Source: an uncultured Candidatus Entotheonella sp. (GTDB lineage Bacteria > Tectomicrobia > Entotheonellia > Entotheonellales > Entotheonellaceae). From it: 64,000 bases of DNA. The translations under genes were made by a program, and so were the position numbers. A model generated the notes under the pieces. The model made no database searches. It was not told where the DNA came from and saw nothing but the letters and a program-made list of their open reading frames with translations. Location: contig OZ244252.1 in assembly GCA_965217185.1 (NCBI GenBank), positions 1,376,001-1,440,000 on the forward strand. The letters are read 5' to 3'. Shown in pieces: positions 41,511 through 51,268 of the stretch. The stretch's first letter is position 1. The number at the start of each line of letters is the position of its first letter.

Positions 41511-42572
41511 ATGCCTGAAAGAAGAGCGGCCCATTTTGCTTGTGAAACTGCAGCGGCGCGGCGCGGCGCTCTGCTGCGGGGCCTGATCGCTCTGACCCTG
41601 CTGGCGCTCATCGGTTGGCCGGTGATCGCCCTGTCCCAAACGCTGACCGTCTATTCTGGCCGGGGAGAGAAATTCACCAAGCCCGTGTTGGAGGCTTTTA
41701 CGAAGCAGACAGGTATCGCCGTGCAGGTGCAAACGGGTGCCTCCGGCGCCTTGCTGGCCAAGCTGCGGGTAGAAGGCGAGCGTAGCCCGGCGGATGTCTT
41801 CATTACGAACTACGTTGGCGTGCTGGCGGAGGCTCGGCGGCACGGCTTGCTGGCGCCGGTGACTGTACCGACGCTGACGCAGATCGCCCCCGAGTTTCGC
41901 GCTGTGGATGATACGTGGCTGGCATTCTCGGCACGCCTGCGGGTCATCGTGTACAACACCGGCATGATCCAGCCCGGCGCCATCACCTCGCTGCTGGAGC
42001 TCGCCGATCCCAAATGGCAGGGTCAGGTGGGCACGGTGACGAGCGGCAACCAGTCGTTTATCGGCGGCCTCAGCGCCATCTATGCGCTGCAGGGCGAGGC
42101 GGCCACCGAGGCGTTCCTGCGCGGCCTCAAGGCCAACTCGCAGGGACGGGTGCTGCCGAAGCACACGCCGGTGGTTTCGGCCGTGGCGGCCGGGCAGTTT
42201 CCCCTGGGCTACGTGAATCATTATTACTACTACCGTCATAAGGCCAAGGAACCAGACGCGCCGCTGGACATCCTGATACCGGATCAGCAGGACGGCCAAA
42301 TGGGCGCCGTGGTCACGGTTGCCGGCGCCGCCATCCTCAAGGCAGCCAAGAACCCGGAGGCGGCTCAGGAATTTATGGCTTTCTTGATTTCCCCCGCCGG
42401 CCAACAGATATTTGCGGCGGTCAACTACGAGTATCCTGTCAACCCGAGCGTTCCTGCCCATGAAGCCGTTGTTCCGCGCGACCGCATCAAGATCGCGCCG
42501 GTCAATTTGTCGATGGCACACGCCAGCCGCGACAAGGCGATCGCGTTGATCGACAAGGTTGGGTTGGACTAG
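41511..42572 (+). CDS. fbpA: Fe3+ ABC transporter binding protein (FutA/FbpA)
   Basis: VYSGR, EGERSPADVF, RLRVIVYN, VNHYYY, NYEYPV. Confidence 0.9.
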   Translation: MPERRAAHFACETAAARRGALLRGLIALTLLALIGWPVIALSQTLTVYSGRGEKFTKPVLEAFTKQTGIAVQVQTGASGALLAKLRVEGERSPADVFITNYVGVLAEARRHGLLAPVTVPTLTQIAPEFRAVDDTWLAFSARLRVIVYNTGMIQPGAITSLLELADPKWQGQVGTVTSGNQSFIGGLSAIYALQGEAATEAFLRGLKANSQGRVLPKHTPVVSAVAAGQFPLGYVNHYYYYRHKAKEPDAPLDILIPDQQDGQMGAVVTVAGAAILKAAKNPEAAQEFMAFLISPAGQQIFAAVNYEYPVNPSVPAHEAVVPRDRIKIAPVNLSMAHASRDKAIALIDKVGLD

Positions 42573-42575
42573 ACC

Positions 42576-44204
42576 GTGCACGGGGTTGCTGCCGCTCAGG
42601 CTTCATGGCCGCGCCATGCCGGCCCTTGGCGTCCCAAGCCGCTGAGCCTGATCGCGTTGGGCGTGGCACTGCTCATCGTTATGCCGCTGGCCTACGTGGT
42701 CGGCAACGCCCTGCTGGTGTCGGGCGACGTGTGGGTGCAGCTATGGCAGGGCCGGGTACCGGAACTGTTGTTCAACACCCTGCGTTTGGCGGCGGGGGTG
42801 GCCGTCGTCACTTTGGTCTGCGGAGTTGCTCTGGCGTGGCTGGTGGTGCGCTACGATTTCCCCGGACGGCGGGTGTGGACTTGGCTGCTGGCGGCACCGC
42901 TCGGCATCCCGCCCTACATCATGGCCTACGTGTATACGGAGTTGTTCGCTTACTGGGGCCCTTTGCGGCCTCTTGTACAGGGCGTACTCGGACCCGACGC
43001 TCAGTTGCCGGCTCTGTACGATTCATTTCCGGGCGCTGTGCTGATCCTCAGCCTCGCCACCTATCCTTACGTGTATTTGTTGAGCCGCGCCGCCTTCCTG
43101 CGGACCAACGTGGCCTACGAGGAGGCCGCACGGCTGTCCGGCGCGGGGCGCTGGCGCTGTTGGCTGCGGGTGGTGCTGCCGATGCAACGGCCAGCGGTTG
43201 CGGCGGGATTATTTCTCGTCTGCCTGTATGTCATGGCGGACTTCGGCGCCGTGTCGATTCTGCGCTATTCGACGTTCACGCGGGCGGTGTACGTGCAGAT
43301 GACCGGGCGCTACGACCTGATGGGGGCCGCCGCCCTGAGCCTGATGCTGGTGGTGCTAAGCCTCGCCTTCTTTGCGGCTGAGCGCCATTTTCGCCGCCGT
43401 AGCCGGTTCTATCAGACTACCGCGGGATATCGTCCCGGCAGCCGCGCGGCGCTGACGCGCTGGCACGCCGCCTTGGCATGCTGCGCCTGTACGGCTGTGT
43501 TCGGGTTGGCCTTCGGCGTCCCGGTGGCATACCTTGGCGTGGAGGCTGCGACCCACATCAGCGAGGGCGCTCTGGACGGCGCCTTCTGGGGCTACGCGCG
43601 CAACAGCTTCCTGGGCGCTGCCGCGGCCGCTACGGTTGCCGTCGCCTGCGCGGTGCCGATGGCCTACGTCGCCCTGCGGCGTCCGAGTCGCGGCCACAGC
43701 CTGTTACTGCATGCCGCCTACGCCGGCTACGTGTTGCCGGGACCGATCGTCGCCTTGGGTCTGATCTTCTGCACAGCGCACCTGATGTCCCCGGTTTATG
43801 GGACCGTGGCGGTCGTCGTGCTGGCCTACCTAGTGCGTTTCTTTCCGCAGTGTTTGCAGGCCGGGGAGGCGGCGCTGCACCAGATCACCCCCGCGCTTGA
43901 GGAAGCCGGGCGCTCCGCGGGAGTTCCCCTCTGGCGGGTGCTATGGCGCGTCACGCTGCCGCTCATGCGCCCGGGATTGGTCACCGGCTGGGTTCTGGTC
44001 TTCGTCAACGCGATGAAGGAACTTCCTGCCACGCTGTTGCTTCGTCCTGTCGGTTTTGACACCCTGGCGGTGCGTATCTGGATCGAAACCAGCGAGGAAT
44101 TTTACGCCCAGGCGGCGCCGGCGGCGTTGCTGCTGATTTTGGTAACGCTTCCCCTCTTGGCCTTCGCGCTGTCATACGGCAGTGCACAAAGGAGCACCGC
44201 ATGA
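42576..44204 (+). CDS. fbpB: Fe3+ ABC transporter permease
   Basis: Two EAA loops; DFGAV; MKELPATLLLRP.GFDTLA. Confidence 0.9.
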   Translation: MHGVAAAQASWPRHAGPWRPKPLSLIALGVALLIVMPLAYVVGNALLVSGDVWVQLWQGRVPELLFNTLRLAAGVAVVTLVCGVALAWLVVRYDFPGRRVWTWLLAAPLGIPPYIMAYVYTELFAYWGPLRPLVQGVLGPDAQLPALYDSFPGAVLILSLATYPYVYLLSRAAFLRTNVAYEEAARLSGAGRWRCWLRVVLPMQRPAVAAGLFLVCLYVMADFGAVSILRYSTFTRAVYVQMTGRYDLMGAAALSLMLVVLSLAFFAAERHFRRRSRFYQTTAGYRPGSRAALTRWHAALACCACTAVFGLAFGVPVAYLGVEAATHISEGALDGAFWGYARNSFLGAAAAATVAVACAVPMAYVALRRPSRGHSLLLHAAYAGYVLPGPIVALGLIFCTAHLMSPVYGTVAVVVLAYLVRFFPQCLQAGEAALHQITPALEEAGRSAGVPLWRVLWRVTLPLMRPGLVTGWVLVFVNAMKELPATLLLRPVGFDTLAVRIWIETSEEFYAQAAPAALLLILVTLPLLAFALSYGSAQRSTA

Positions 44205-45259
44205 CCTCGGTATTATCCCTGCAGGCGATCGGCAAGACTTTCGAGCCTGGCGTGCCGGTGCTGCAGGACGTCTCGCTGCGCATCGAGCCTGGTGCCATGG
44301 TCTGTCTGCTTGGCCCCAGCGGCTGCGGCAAGACCACGCTGCTGCGCCTGATCGCGGGATTCGAGGAGCCCGACGCCGGTGCAATTCACTTGGGGGGCCA
44401 ACTGGTCAGTCGTCCCGGCCACGTGGTGGCGCCGGAAAAACGCCACATTGGCATGGTGTTTCAGGATTACGCCCTCTTCCCACATATGACGGTGGCCCAG
44501 AACATTGTGTTTGGCTTGTTTCGCCGCCCGGCTACCCACCGCGACCGCCGCCTTGCCGACCTGCTGCAACTGGTGGGTCTGCAGGACATGGCCGAACGTT
44601 ATCCGCACGAGCTCTCCGGCGGCCAGCAGCAACGCGTCGCTCTGGCTCGCGCCCTGGCTCCCGGTCCGCAACTCCTGCTGCTCGATGAACCGTTCAGCAA
44701 TCTGGACGTCAACCTGCGTCGCCAGCTTAGGCAGGAGATGCAGGACGTTTTGCGGCGGACGGACATGACCACCATTCTCGTTACCCACGATCAGGAAGAA
44801 GCCCTCAGCCTTGCCGACACGCTCGCCATTCTCGATCAGGGCCGCGTCGTGCAATACGACACCCCGGAAACCATCGTGCAACGCCCCAGCACCCGTTTCG
44901 TTGCCGAGTTCCTCGCCCTCGGCCACTTCCTGCCGGGCGAAATTCGCGACCACTGCATCGTCACCGAAATGGGTCCCGTCCGCCTTGATTCCGACATGCC
45001 CGCCACCCCGGACGGCTGCCGCGAAGTCGACCTCCTGATTCCGCCCGAATGCCTCACGCTGTGCGACAACGGCCACGGCATCCGTGCCCGGGTAACGCAG
45101 ATTACCTTTCACGGCACCCGCAAGCTCTACACTGTCCGCCTTCCCTCCGGGGCCTACTTGCAAGGCCTCTGCGCCCACGATGCCCCCCTGCAAACCGGCG
45201 CGCAAATCAACGTGCGCTATGAACCCACGGTTCTGATTACCTTCCCCAGCGAGCCTTGA
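44201..45259 (+). CDS. fbpC: Fe3+ ABC transporter ATPase
   Basis: GPSGCGKTT, FQDYALFPH, LSGGQQQR, LLDEPFSNLD. Confidence 0.9.
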   Translation: MTSVLSLQAIGKTFEPGVPVLQDVSLRIEPGAMVCLLGPSGCGKTTLLRLIAGFEEPDAGAIHLGGQLVSRPGHVVAPEKRHIGMVFQDYALFPHMTVAQNIVFGLFRRPATHRDRRLADLLQLVGLQDMAERYPHELSGGQQQRVALARALAPGPQLLLLDEPFSNLDVNLRRQLRQEMQDVLRRTDMTTILVTHDQEEALSLADTLAILDQGRVVQYDTPETIVQRPSTRFVAEFLALGHFLPGEIRDHCIVTEMGPVRLDSDMPATPDGCREVDLLIPPECLTLCDNGHGIRARVTQITFHGTRKLYTVRLPSGAYLQGLCAHDAPLQTGAQINVRYEPTVLITFPSEP

Positions 45260-45322
45260 TTGACTTGCTGCTGACTTGGTTTAATGTAACCGGTTATCGA
45301 AACGCAAGCGGGAGATACCGGC

Positions 45323-45730
45323 ATGGCGGAACACATGGACGAACGTTTTCTCGGTATCGAGAAGCGCATGGAGCAGGGATTTACCCATGCCGAAAAGGCG
45401 CGGGAACAGGACTTTGTTCATATCAACCAGCGTCTGGACGACATGAACAAGCGCTTCGATGACATGAACAAGCGTTTCGATGCCATGAACAGGCGATTTG
45501 ACGCTCTGAACCAGAGCGTCGATCAGCGCTTCGACGACATGAACAAACGCTTTGACGACATGAATCAGAGTGTCAATCAGCGTTTCGATGCCATGAACAG
45601 GCGCTTCGATGACATGAACCAGAGCGTCAATCGGCGCTTCGACGACTTGAGGAATACGATGTTGATGCTATACATCCCCGTTGTCCTGGCCATTTTGGGC
45701 GCGGTGGTGAAGTATCTTTTCTTCCAGTGA
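45323..45730 (+). CDS. Tandem-repeat coiled-coil protein with a C-terminal TM anchor
   Basis: RFD(D/A)MN(K/R) 7-aa and RFDDMNQSVNQ 11-aa units; tail LMLYIPVVLAILGAVVKYLFF. Confidence 0.8.
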   Translation: MAEHMDERFLGIEKRMEQGFTHAEKAREQDFVHINQRLDDMNKRFDDMNKRFDAMNRRFDALNQSVDQRFDDMNKRFDDMNQSVNQRFDAMNRRFDDMNQSVNRRFDDLRNTMLMLYIPVVLAILGAVVKYLFFQ

Positions 45731-45832
45731 TAGAAAACCCTCCCCCACCAGCTCCGTAGCGTGCAGCGCAAATAACGTCAAAATACCCACTCATAAGGAG
45801 GTTGCCGTCAGACGCCCCCGGTTGTATAAATG

Positions 45833-45857
45833 AATAATGATAACGGTTTTCATTATT
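45833..45857. promoter_or_regulatory. Second putative Fur box
   Basis: AATAATGA-TAACGGTTT-TCATTATT; core TGATAACGGTTTTCA matches the 41428 site. Confidence 0.75.
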
Positions 45858-45900
45858 ATATTGCCGACGAGTAACTCCGCCGGCGCCGGAGGGACCTCTT

Positions 45901-46149
45901 ATGGATTCGGTTGTTGCAGACATACAGGAAAGCCTGCTCCAGGACTTCGGCAGCCGGCTGCGGCATATGCGCAAGCTGCGGCGGCTTCGGCAACTGGACA
46001 TGGCCTCGTTCGGGTTGAGCTACAAGTACTACCAGCGGATCGAGGCGGGCCAGGTGAACCCCACCTTGATCACCCTGCATCGGCTGGCATCGGCGTTCAA
46101 TGTGTCGGTATACGATTTCTTCCGCCCGGAAGTGACGACGGAGGCATGA
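45901..46149 (+). CDS. XRE-family HTH regulator
   Basis: FGSRLRHMRK...LSYKYYQRIEAGQVNPTLITLHRLA. Confidence 0.88.
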   Translation: MDSVVADIQESLLQDFGSRLRHMRKLRRLRQLDMASFGLSYKYYQRIEAGQVNPTLITLHRLASAFNVSVYDFFRPEVTTEA

Positions 46150-46258
46150 GGCTGCCCAATTTGCGCAGGCCGTACACCGTTCGGCGTTGGGCGCTCCGCT
46201 TCACGCTCATTGAATCAAGTGCCTGACACGTCCATCCTCCCTACGTGCAGGCGCGCCG

Positions 46259-46288
46259 GTGGCAGGGGTCGGCGGAGGCCCCTGCCAC
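46259..46288. terminator. GC-rich hairpin (terminator- or REP-like)
   Basis: GTGGCAGGGG-loop-CCCCTGCCAC; no clear U tract. Confidence 0.45.
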
Positions 46289-46429
46289 TCCCTGAATCAC
46301 CCTGAGAGGTGCGATCCGCAACAACGCACCGCTCCCAGACCTGGGTGCAATTTCCGGCCACTCACCTTATACTGCCCTGTCTTTTCGGACAGCCAGTCAA
46401 CCCGCCCAATAAGGTGAATCCCCGCTCTG

Positions 46430-47551
46430 ATGCTTGCCTATATCATTCGCCGCTTGATTCTGATCGTGCCCACCCTGTTCGGCATTATGCTGATCAATTT
46501 TTTCGTCATTCAGATCGTGCCGGGCGGTCCGGTGGAGCAGTTGCTGGCAGAGCTCTCGGGCGAGGCCATCGAGGCGACCGCTCGCTTCGGCGGTGCGGCG
46601 TCGGACGACCCCATGGGGCGACAGACCCAGGAGCAGGCTGCGGGCGGTGCCTCAACCAGCGTCACCAGCAAATACCGCGGCGCCCGCGGGCTCGATCCGG
46701 ATCTGGTGCGCGAGATTGAGGTCATGTACGGGCTGGACAAGCCGCTGCACGTGCGCTTTGTGGACATGATGCGCTCGTATCTCACCTTCGACTTCGGCGA
46801 CAGTTTCTTTCAGGACCGGCCCGTGGTGGATCTCGTCCTGGACAAAATGCCCGTGTCCATCTCCCTCGGCCTGTGGACCACCTTTCTCGTTTATCTCATC
46901 TCCATCCCGCTCGGTATCAGCAAGGCGGTGCGCGACGGCACCCGCTTCGACGTGACCACCAGCAGCGTCATCACCGTCGGCTACGCCATCCCCAGTTTCC
47001 TGTTTGCTCTCATTCTCATCATCCTTTTCGCCGGCGGGCGTTACGTGTCGTGGTTTCCGCTGCGCGGCCTGACGTCGGAAAACTGGGCCGACCTGAGCGC
47101 CATGAGCAAGGTGGTCGATTACCTGTGGCACCTGGTGCTGCCCATCATCGCCATGGTGATCGGCGGTTTCGCCACCCTCACCCTGCTGACCAAAAACTCC
47201 TTCCTCGACCAGATCGGCATGCAATACGTCATGACCGCCCGCGCCAAGGGGCTGAGCGAGCGCCGGGTGTTATACGGCCACGTGTTTCGCAACGCCATGC
47301 TGATCGTCATCGCCGGGTTTCCGGGCGCCTTCATCAGCATTTTCTTCTCGGGCGCGCTGCTCATCGAGGTGATCTTCTCGCTCGACGGCCTGGGCCTACT
47401 GGGGTACGAGGCGGCCATCAAGCGCGACTACCCCATCATGTTCGCCTCCCTCTACTTCTTCTCCCTGTTGGGCTTGGTGATGGGCATCGTCAGCGACCTG
47501 ATGTACGCCTTCATTGATCCGCGCATCGACTTCGCCTCCCGGGAGGTGTGA
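46430..47551 (+). CDS. yejB: Microcin C/oligopeptide ABC permease
   Basis: MLAYIIRRL, PGGPVEQ, YRGARGLDP, LTKNSFLD, YGHVFRNAML. Confidence 0.93.
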   Translation: MLAYIIRRLILIVPTLFGIMLINFFVIQIVPGGPVEQLLAELSGEAIEATARFGGAASDDPMGRQTQEQAAGGASTSVTSKYRGARGLDPDLVREIEVMYGLDKPLHVRFVDMMRSYLTFDFGDSFFQDRPVVDLVLDKMPVSISLGLWTTFLVYLISIPLGISKAVRDGTRFDVTTSSVITVGYAIPSFLFALILIILFAGGRYVSWFPLRGLTSENWADLSAMSKVVDYLWHLVLPIIAMVIGGFATLTLLTKNSFLDQIGMQYVMTARAKGLSERRVLYGHVFRNAMLIVIAGFPGAFISIFFSGALLIEVIFSLDGLGLLGYEAAIKRDYPIMFASLYFFSLLGLVMGIVSDLMYAFIDPRIDFASREV

Positions 47552-47554
47552 GCC

Positions 47555-48580
47555 GTGACGCCCTTGAATCAGCGACGCTGGGCCAATTTCCGAGCCAACC
47601 GGCGCGGCCACTACTGCCTGTGGATATTCACCCTGCTGTTCGTGGTCACCCTGTTCGCCGAATTTCTCGCCAACGACAAACCGCTGCTCGTCTACTTCGA
47701 CGGCGACCTGCTGGTGCCGGTGGTGGCGCAATTTCCCGAGACCCGCTTCGGCGGGGAATTTCCGACCGAAGCCGATTATCGTGACGAGTACGTCGTCGAG
47801 CTGATTGAAGCCAAGGGCTGGATGGTATGGCCCCTCATCCCGTTCGCCTACGACACCATCGTGCGCGGCCGGCGGGCGCCGGCGCCGCCGTCGGCGGTGA
47901 ACTGGCTGGGTACCGACGACCACAGCCGCGACGTGCTGGCGCGCCTCATTTACGGCTTCCGCATTTCGGTGCTGTTCGGCCTCGTGCTGACGGTGTTTTC
48001 CATGCTCATCGGCGTCTCGGCGGGCGCCGTGCAGGGCTATTTCGGCGGCTGGCTCGATCTCACCCTGCAGCGGCTGATGGAGGTGTGGTCGTCCATGCCC
48101 ACGCTCTATCTGTTGATCATCCTGTCGAGCGTCGTGCAGCCGAATTTCTGGTGGCTGCTAGGCATTCTGCTGCTGTTCAGTTGGATGGGCTACGTCGGGG
48201 TGGTGCGCGCCGAGTTTCTGCGGGCGAGAAACTTCGACTTCGTGCGGGCGGCGCGAGCGCTCGGCGTGTCGAACGCGGTGATCATGTTCCGCCACGTCCT
48301 GCCCAACGCCACGGTGGCCACCATCACCTTCCTGCCGTTCAGCCTCAGCGGCGCGGTGACGGCCCTCACGGCCCTGGACTTTCTGGGCTTCGGCCTGCCG
48401 CCCGGCTCGGCCTCGCTGGGCGAAATGGTGACCCAAGGTCGCAACAATCTGCACGCCCCGTGGCTGGGGCTGACGAGCTTTTTCACTCTGGGAATCATGC
48501 TGATCTTGCTGATTTTTACGGGCGAAGCGGTGCGCGACGCCTTTGACCCCCGCAAGACCTTTGCGGCCCGGCCGGAGTAA
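47555..48580 (+). CDS. yejE: Microcin C/oligopeptide ABC permease
   Basis: FRANRRG, AEFLANDKP, FGGEFPTEADY, VRAEFLR, RDAFDPRK. Confidence 0.93.
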   Translation: MTPLNQRRWANFRANRRGHYCLWIFTLLFVVTLFAEFLANDKPLLVYFDGDLLVPVVAQFPETRFGGEFPTEADYRDEYVVELIEAKGWMVWPLIPFAYDTIVRGRRAPAPPSAVNWLGTDDHSRDVLARLIYGFRISVLFGLVLTVFSMLIGVSAGAVQGYFGGWLDLTLQRLMEVWSSMPTLYLLIILSSVVQPNFWWLLGILLLFSWMGYVGVVRAEFLRARNFDFVRAARALGVSNAVIMFRHVLPNATVATITFLPFSLSGAVTALTALDFLGFGLPPGSASLGEMVTQGRNNLHAPWLGLTSFFTLGIMLILLIFTGEAVRDAFDPRKTFAARPE

Positions 48581-48597
48581 TCCCCCTCGGAGGTGGC

Positions 48598-50235
48598 ATG
48601 GCAGCGTTGCTGGACATACAAGACCTGGCGGTCGATTTCCGCACCGAGGGCGGCGCCGTGCATGCCGTCAAGGGGCTGTCCATGTCGATTGAGCGCGGCG
48701 AAACCGTCGCCCTGGTCGGCGAGTCTGGTTCCGGCAAGTCGGTCACGGCGCTTAGCGTTTTGCAATTGCTGCCCTACCCCACCGCTTCGCACCCCGGCGG
48801 CAGCATCCGGCTGGACGGCCAAGAGTTGCTTGGCGCGACCGCCTCAACGATGCGCTCGGTGCGCGGCAACCGCGTCGCCATGGTCTTCCAGGAGCCCATG
48901 ACGTCGCTCAACCCGCTTCACTCCATCGAGAAGCAGCTCGGCGAAACGCTGCGGTTGCACAAGGGCATGGGAAAGACGGCGGCGCGACAGAGAACCCTGG
49001 AACTGCTGCACCTGGTCGGTCTGGCCGAAGCAGAGAAACGCCTGACCGCCTTCCCGCACGAACTTTCCGGCGGCCAGCGCCAGCGCGTCATGATCGCCAT
49101 GGCGCTGGCCAACGAACCCGCCCTGCTGATCGCCGACGAACCCACAACCGCCCTCGATGTCACCATCCAGGCGCAGATTCTGCAACTGCTCAAGAGCCTG
49201 CAGCGCCGGTTCAACATGGCGATGCTGTTCATCACCCACGATCTGACCATCGTGCGCAAGGTGGCCGACCGCGTCTGCGTCATGCAGCACGGCGACATCG
49301 TCGAAAGCGGCGCCACCGGTCGCATTTTCGAGGCCCCCGCCCATCCCTACACCCAGCAGCTAATCCAGGCGCAGCCGAGCGGCACGGCACCGTCCGCCGC
49401 GATTGCTTCGTCTCTCATACGGACCGAAGACCTCCGGGTCTGGTACCCCATCCGCGCCGGCCTGCTTCGCCGCACCGTCGATCACATCAAGGCGGTGGAC
49501 GGCCTTACCCTCACCGTGCACACCGGCCAGACGGTCGGCGTTGTCGGCGAATCCGGCTCCGGCAAGACCACCCTGGGCTTGGCGCTGCTGCGGCTCATCG
49601 CCTCGCGCGGCGCCATTTATTTCCGCGATACCCTCATCCAGGGACTGAAGTCGCGCGCCCTGCGGCCGCTGCGGCGGGAAATGCAGATCATCTTCCAGGA
49701 CCCGTTCGGAAGCCTGAGCCCGCGGTTGTCGATTGCCCAGATCATCGAAGAGGGCCTCAAGGTGCACGGTACGGTAAGCACCGCCGAGGCGCGCGAGGAA
49801 AGCATCATCGCCGCACTGCAAGAAGTGGGGCTCGATCCGGAAAGCCGGCACCGCTATCCGCACGAGTTTTCGGGCGGCCAGCGACAGCGGGTGGCCATCG
49901 CCCGCGCTCTCGTGCTCAAGCCCGCCTTCATCGTCCTGGACGAGCCGACGTCTTCGCTCGACGTCAGCGTGCAGGCGCAGATACTCGTCCTGCTGCGCCA
50001 ACTCCAGCGCGACCACAATCTCGCTTACCTGTTCATCAGCCACGACCTGAAGGTCGTGCGTGCGATGGCCAACTATCTGGTGGTCATGTACCATGGCAAG
50101 GTCGTTGAAGAAGGCCCTACCGAGGCGATTTTCGAGCATCCCCAAGACGCCTACACCAAGCGCTTGCTGGCCGCCTCGCTTGACCTGGATTCGGTGTCTG
50201 ATCTGGGCGAATCGGGTAGCGATTCGGGACTCTAA
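48598..50235 (+). CDS. yejF: Dual-domain ABC ATPase
   Basis: Two GESGSGK and two SGGQRQR motifs. Confidence 0.9.
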   Translation: MAALLDIQDLAVDFRTEGGAVHAVKGLSMSIERGETVALVGESGSGKSVTALSVLQLLPYPTASHPGGSIRLDGQELLGATASTMRSVRGNRVAMVFQEPMTSLNPLHSIEKQLGETLRLHKGMGKTAARQRTLELLHLVGLAEAEKRLTAFPHELSGGQRQRVMIAMALANEPALLIADEPTTALDVTIQAQILQLLKSLQRRFNMAMLFITHDLTIVRKVADRVCVMQHGDIVESGATGRIFEAPAHPYTQQLIQAQPSGTAPSAAIASSLIRTEDLRVWYPIRAGLLRRTVDHIKAVDGLTLTVHTGQTVGVVGESGSGKTTLGLALLRLIASRGAIYFRDTLIQGLKSRALRPLRREMQIIFQDPFGSLSPRLSIAQIIEEGLKVHGTVSTAEAREESIIAALQEVGLDPESRHRYPHEFSGGQRQRVAIARALVLKPAFIVLDEPTSSLDVSVQAQILVLLRQLQRDHNLAYLFISHDLKVVRAMANYLVVMYHGKVVEEGPTEAIFEHPQDAYTKRLLAASLDLDSVSDLGESGSDSGL

Positions 50236-50281
50236 ACCGGCTCATCCGTGCGGAAAACAGGACGGCAAGATCGGGCGAACG

Positions 50282-51268
50282 ATGGCGGTTAACCGGGACA
50301 AGCCGGATCGGTGGAAACAGGACGTTACGCGGTCCGTGGACATGTACAACGCCTGGTTTCTGCGGTTTGCACCGCAAGCGTACCGGATGACGCGGGCACG
50401 GACGACCGAGGATGTCGAGACAACATTGCAAGCGACTGACAACCTGAGAGACGTGGGCGTGGCATTGCTAAAGGCGAATCCCGCTGTCCTACCCACGTTG
50501 CGGATGGCCACCTGCCCGCCGCTTGCCGTAGACAGGTTGATTGGGCTTGCTGGCGTTTCGAAGAACCTTGTCCGAGTGATGGAGAAACACGGGAAGCTGC
50601 CGGCTCGTATGCCGGTGCACGAATTGGACGGTGATCTTGGGAAAATCGGGGAAACCATCAAGATGATGGCCGACCCAGACATTTTCGTGTGGTTGGGACG
50701 CGTTGGCAAGCCGAGTGAGCAGGAGGTGTACCGGGCCGCGACGATCGTGGCCGACCGTCTCTGTGGTGCGGTGGCAAACCCGATCATCCGCAATGCACAG
50801 GAGCAACGTCAACTCGCAGCGATCGGCGGGTGGCTGACGGGTATCGGATACACGCCGGCGGCTGGGGGCACGAAATATGACGAGATGTGGCCGGGGACCT
50901 TCTCGTTTCGGTTAAACGTGCCGGTCGAACAAGAAGGAACAGGTGGATTGGTCAACATTCCCATAGACACCGTGGTAATGCCAGTAGGCGCCAGGACGGG
51001 GGAGTTGCCCTTGCTCATCGAGGCCAAGTCCGCGGGCGATTTCACGAACGTCAACAAGCGACGCAAGGAAGAGGCTGCGAAGATGAGCCAATTGCGCCGG
51101 ACCTACGGCTCGGACGTTCGGTTCATTTTGTTTCTGTGCGGATACTTCGACAGCGGTTATCTGGGTTATGAGGCCGCGGAAGGCATTGATTGGGTGTGGG
51201 AACACCGCAATCGACGAGCTCAGGGAATTTGGGCTTTAGATGAACGGGAAAGCGGTAACGGAACTTGA
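50282..51268 (+). CDS. XamI-family type II restriction endonuclease, +1 frameshift in the last 10 codons
   Basis: NPIIRNAQE, IEAKSAGDFTNVNKRRKEEA, WVWEHR; removing one A at 51209-51210 gives IDELREFGL-stop at 51239. Confidence 0.8.
   Translation: MAVNRDKPDRWKQDVTRSVDMYNAWFLRFAPQAYRMTRARTTEDVETTLQATDNLRDVGVALLKANPAVLPTLRMATCPPLAVDRLIGLAGVSKNLVRVMEKHGKLPARMPVHELDGDLGKIGETIKMMADPDIFVWLGRVGKPSEQEVYRAATIVADRLCGAVANPIIRNAQEQRQLAAIGGWLTGIGYTPAAGGTKYDEMWPGTFSFRLNVPVEQEGTGGLVNIPIDTVVMPVGARTGELPLLIEAKSAGDFTNVNKRRKEEAAKMSQLRRTYGSDVRFILFLCGYFDSGYLGYEAAEGIDWVWEHRNRRAQGIWALDERESGNGT

Noticed and set aside
41268..42581. 754-aa ORF extending the Fur fusion upstream
   Set aside because: The extension is the antisense shadow of fbpA; Fur homology starts at ATG 41267.
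45430..45650. Possible CRISPR array
   Set aside because: Units are contiguous and in frame, with no unique spacers and no cas genes.
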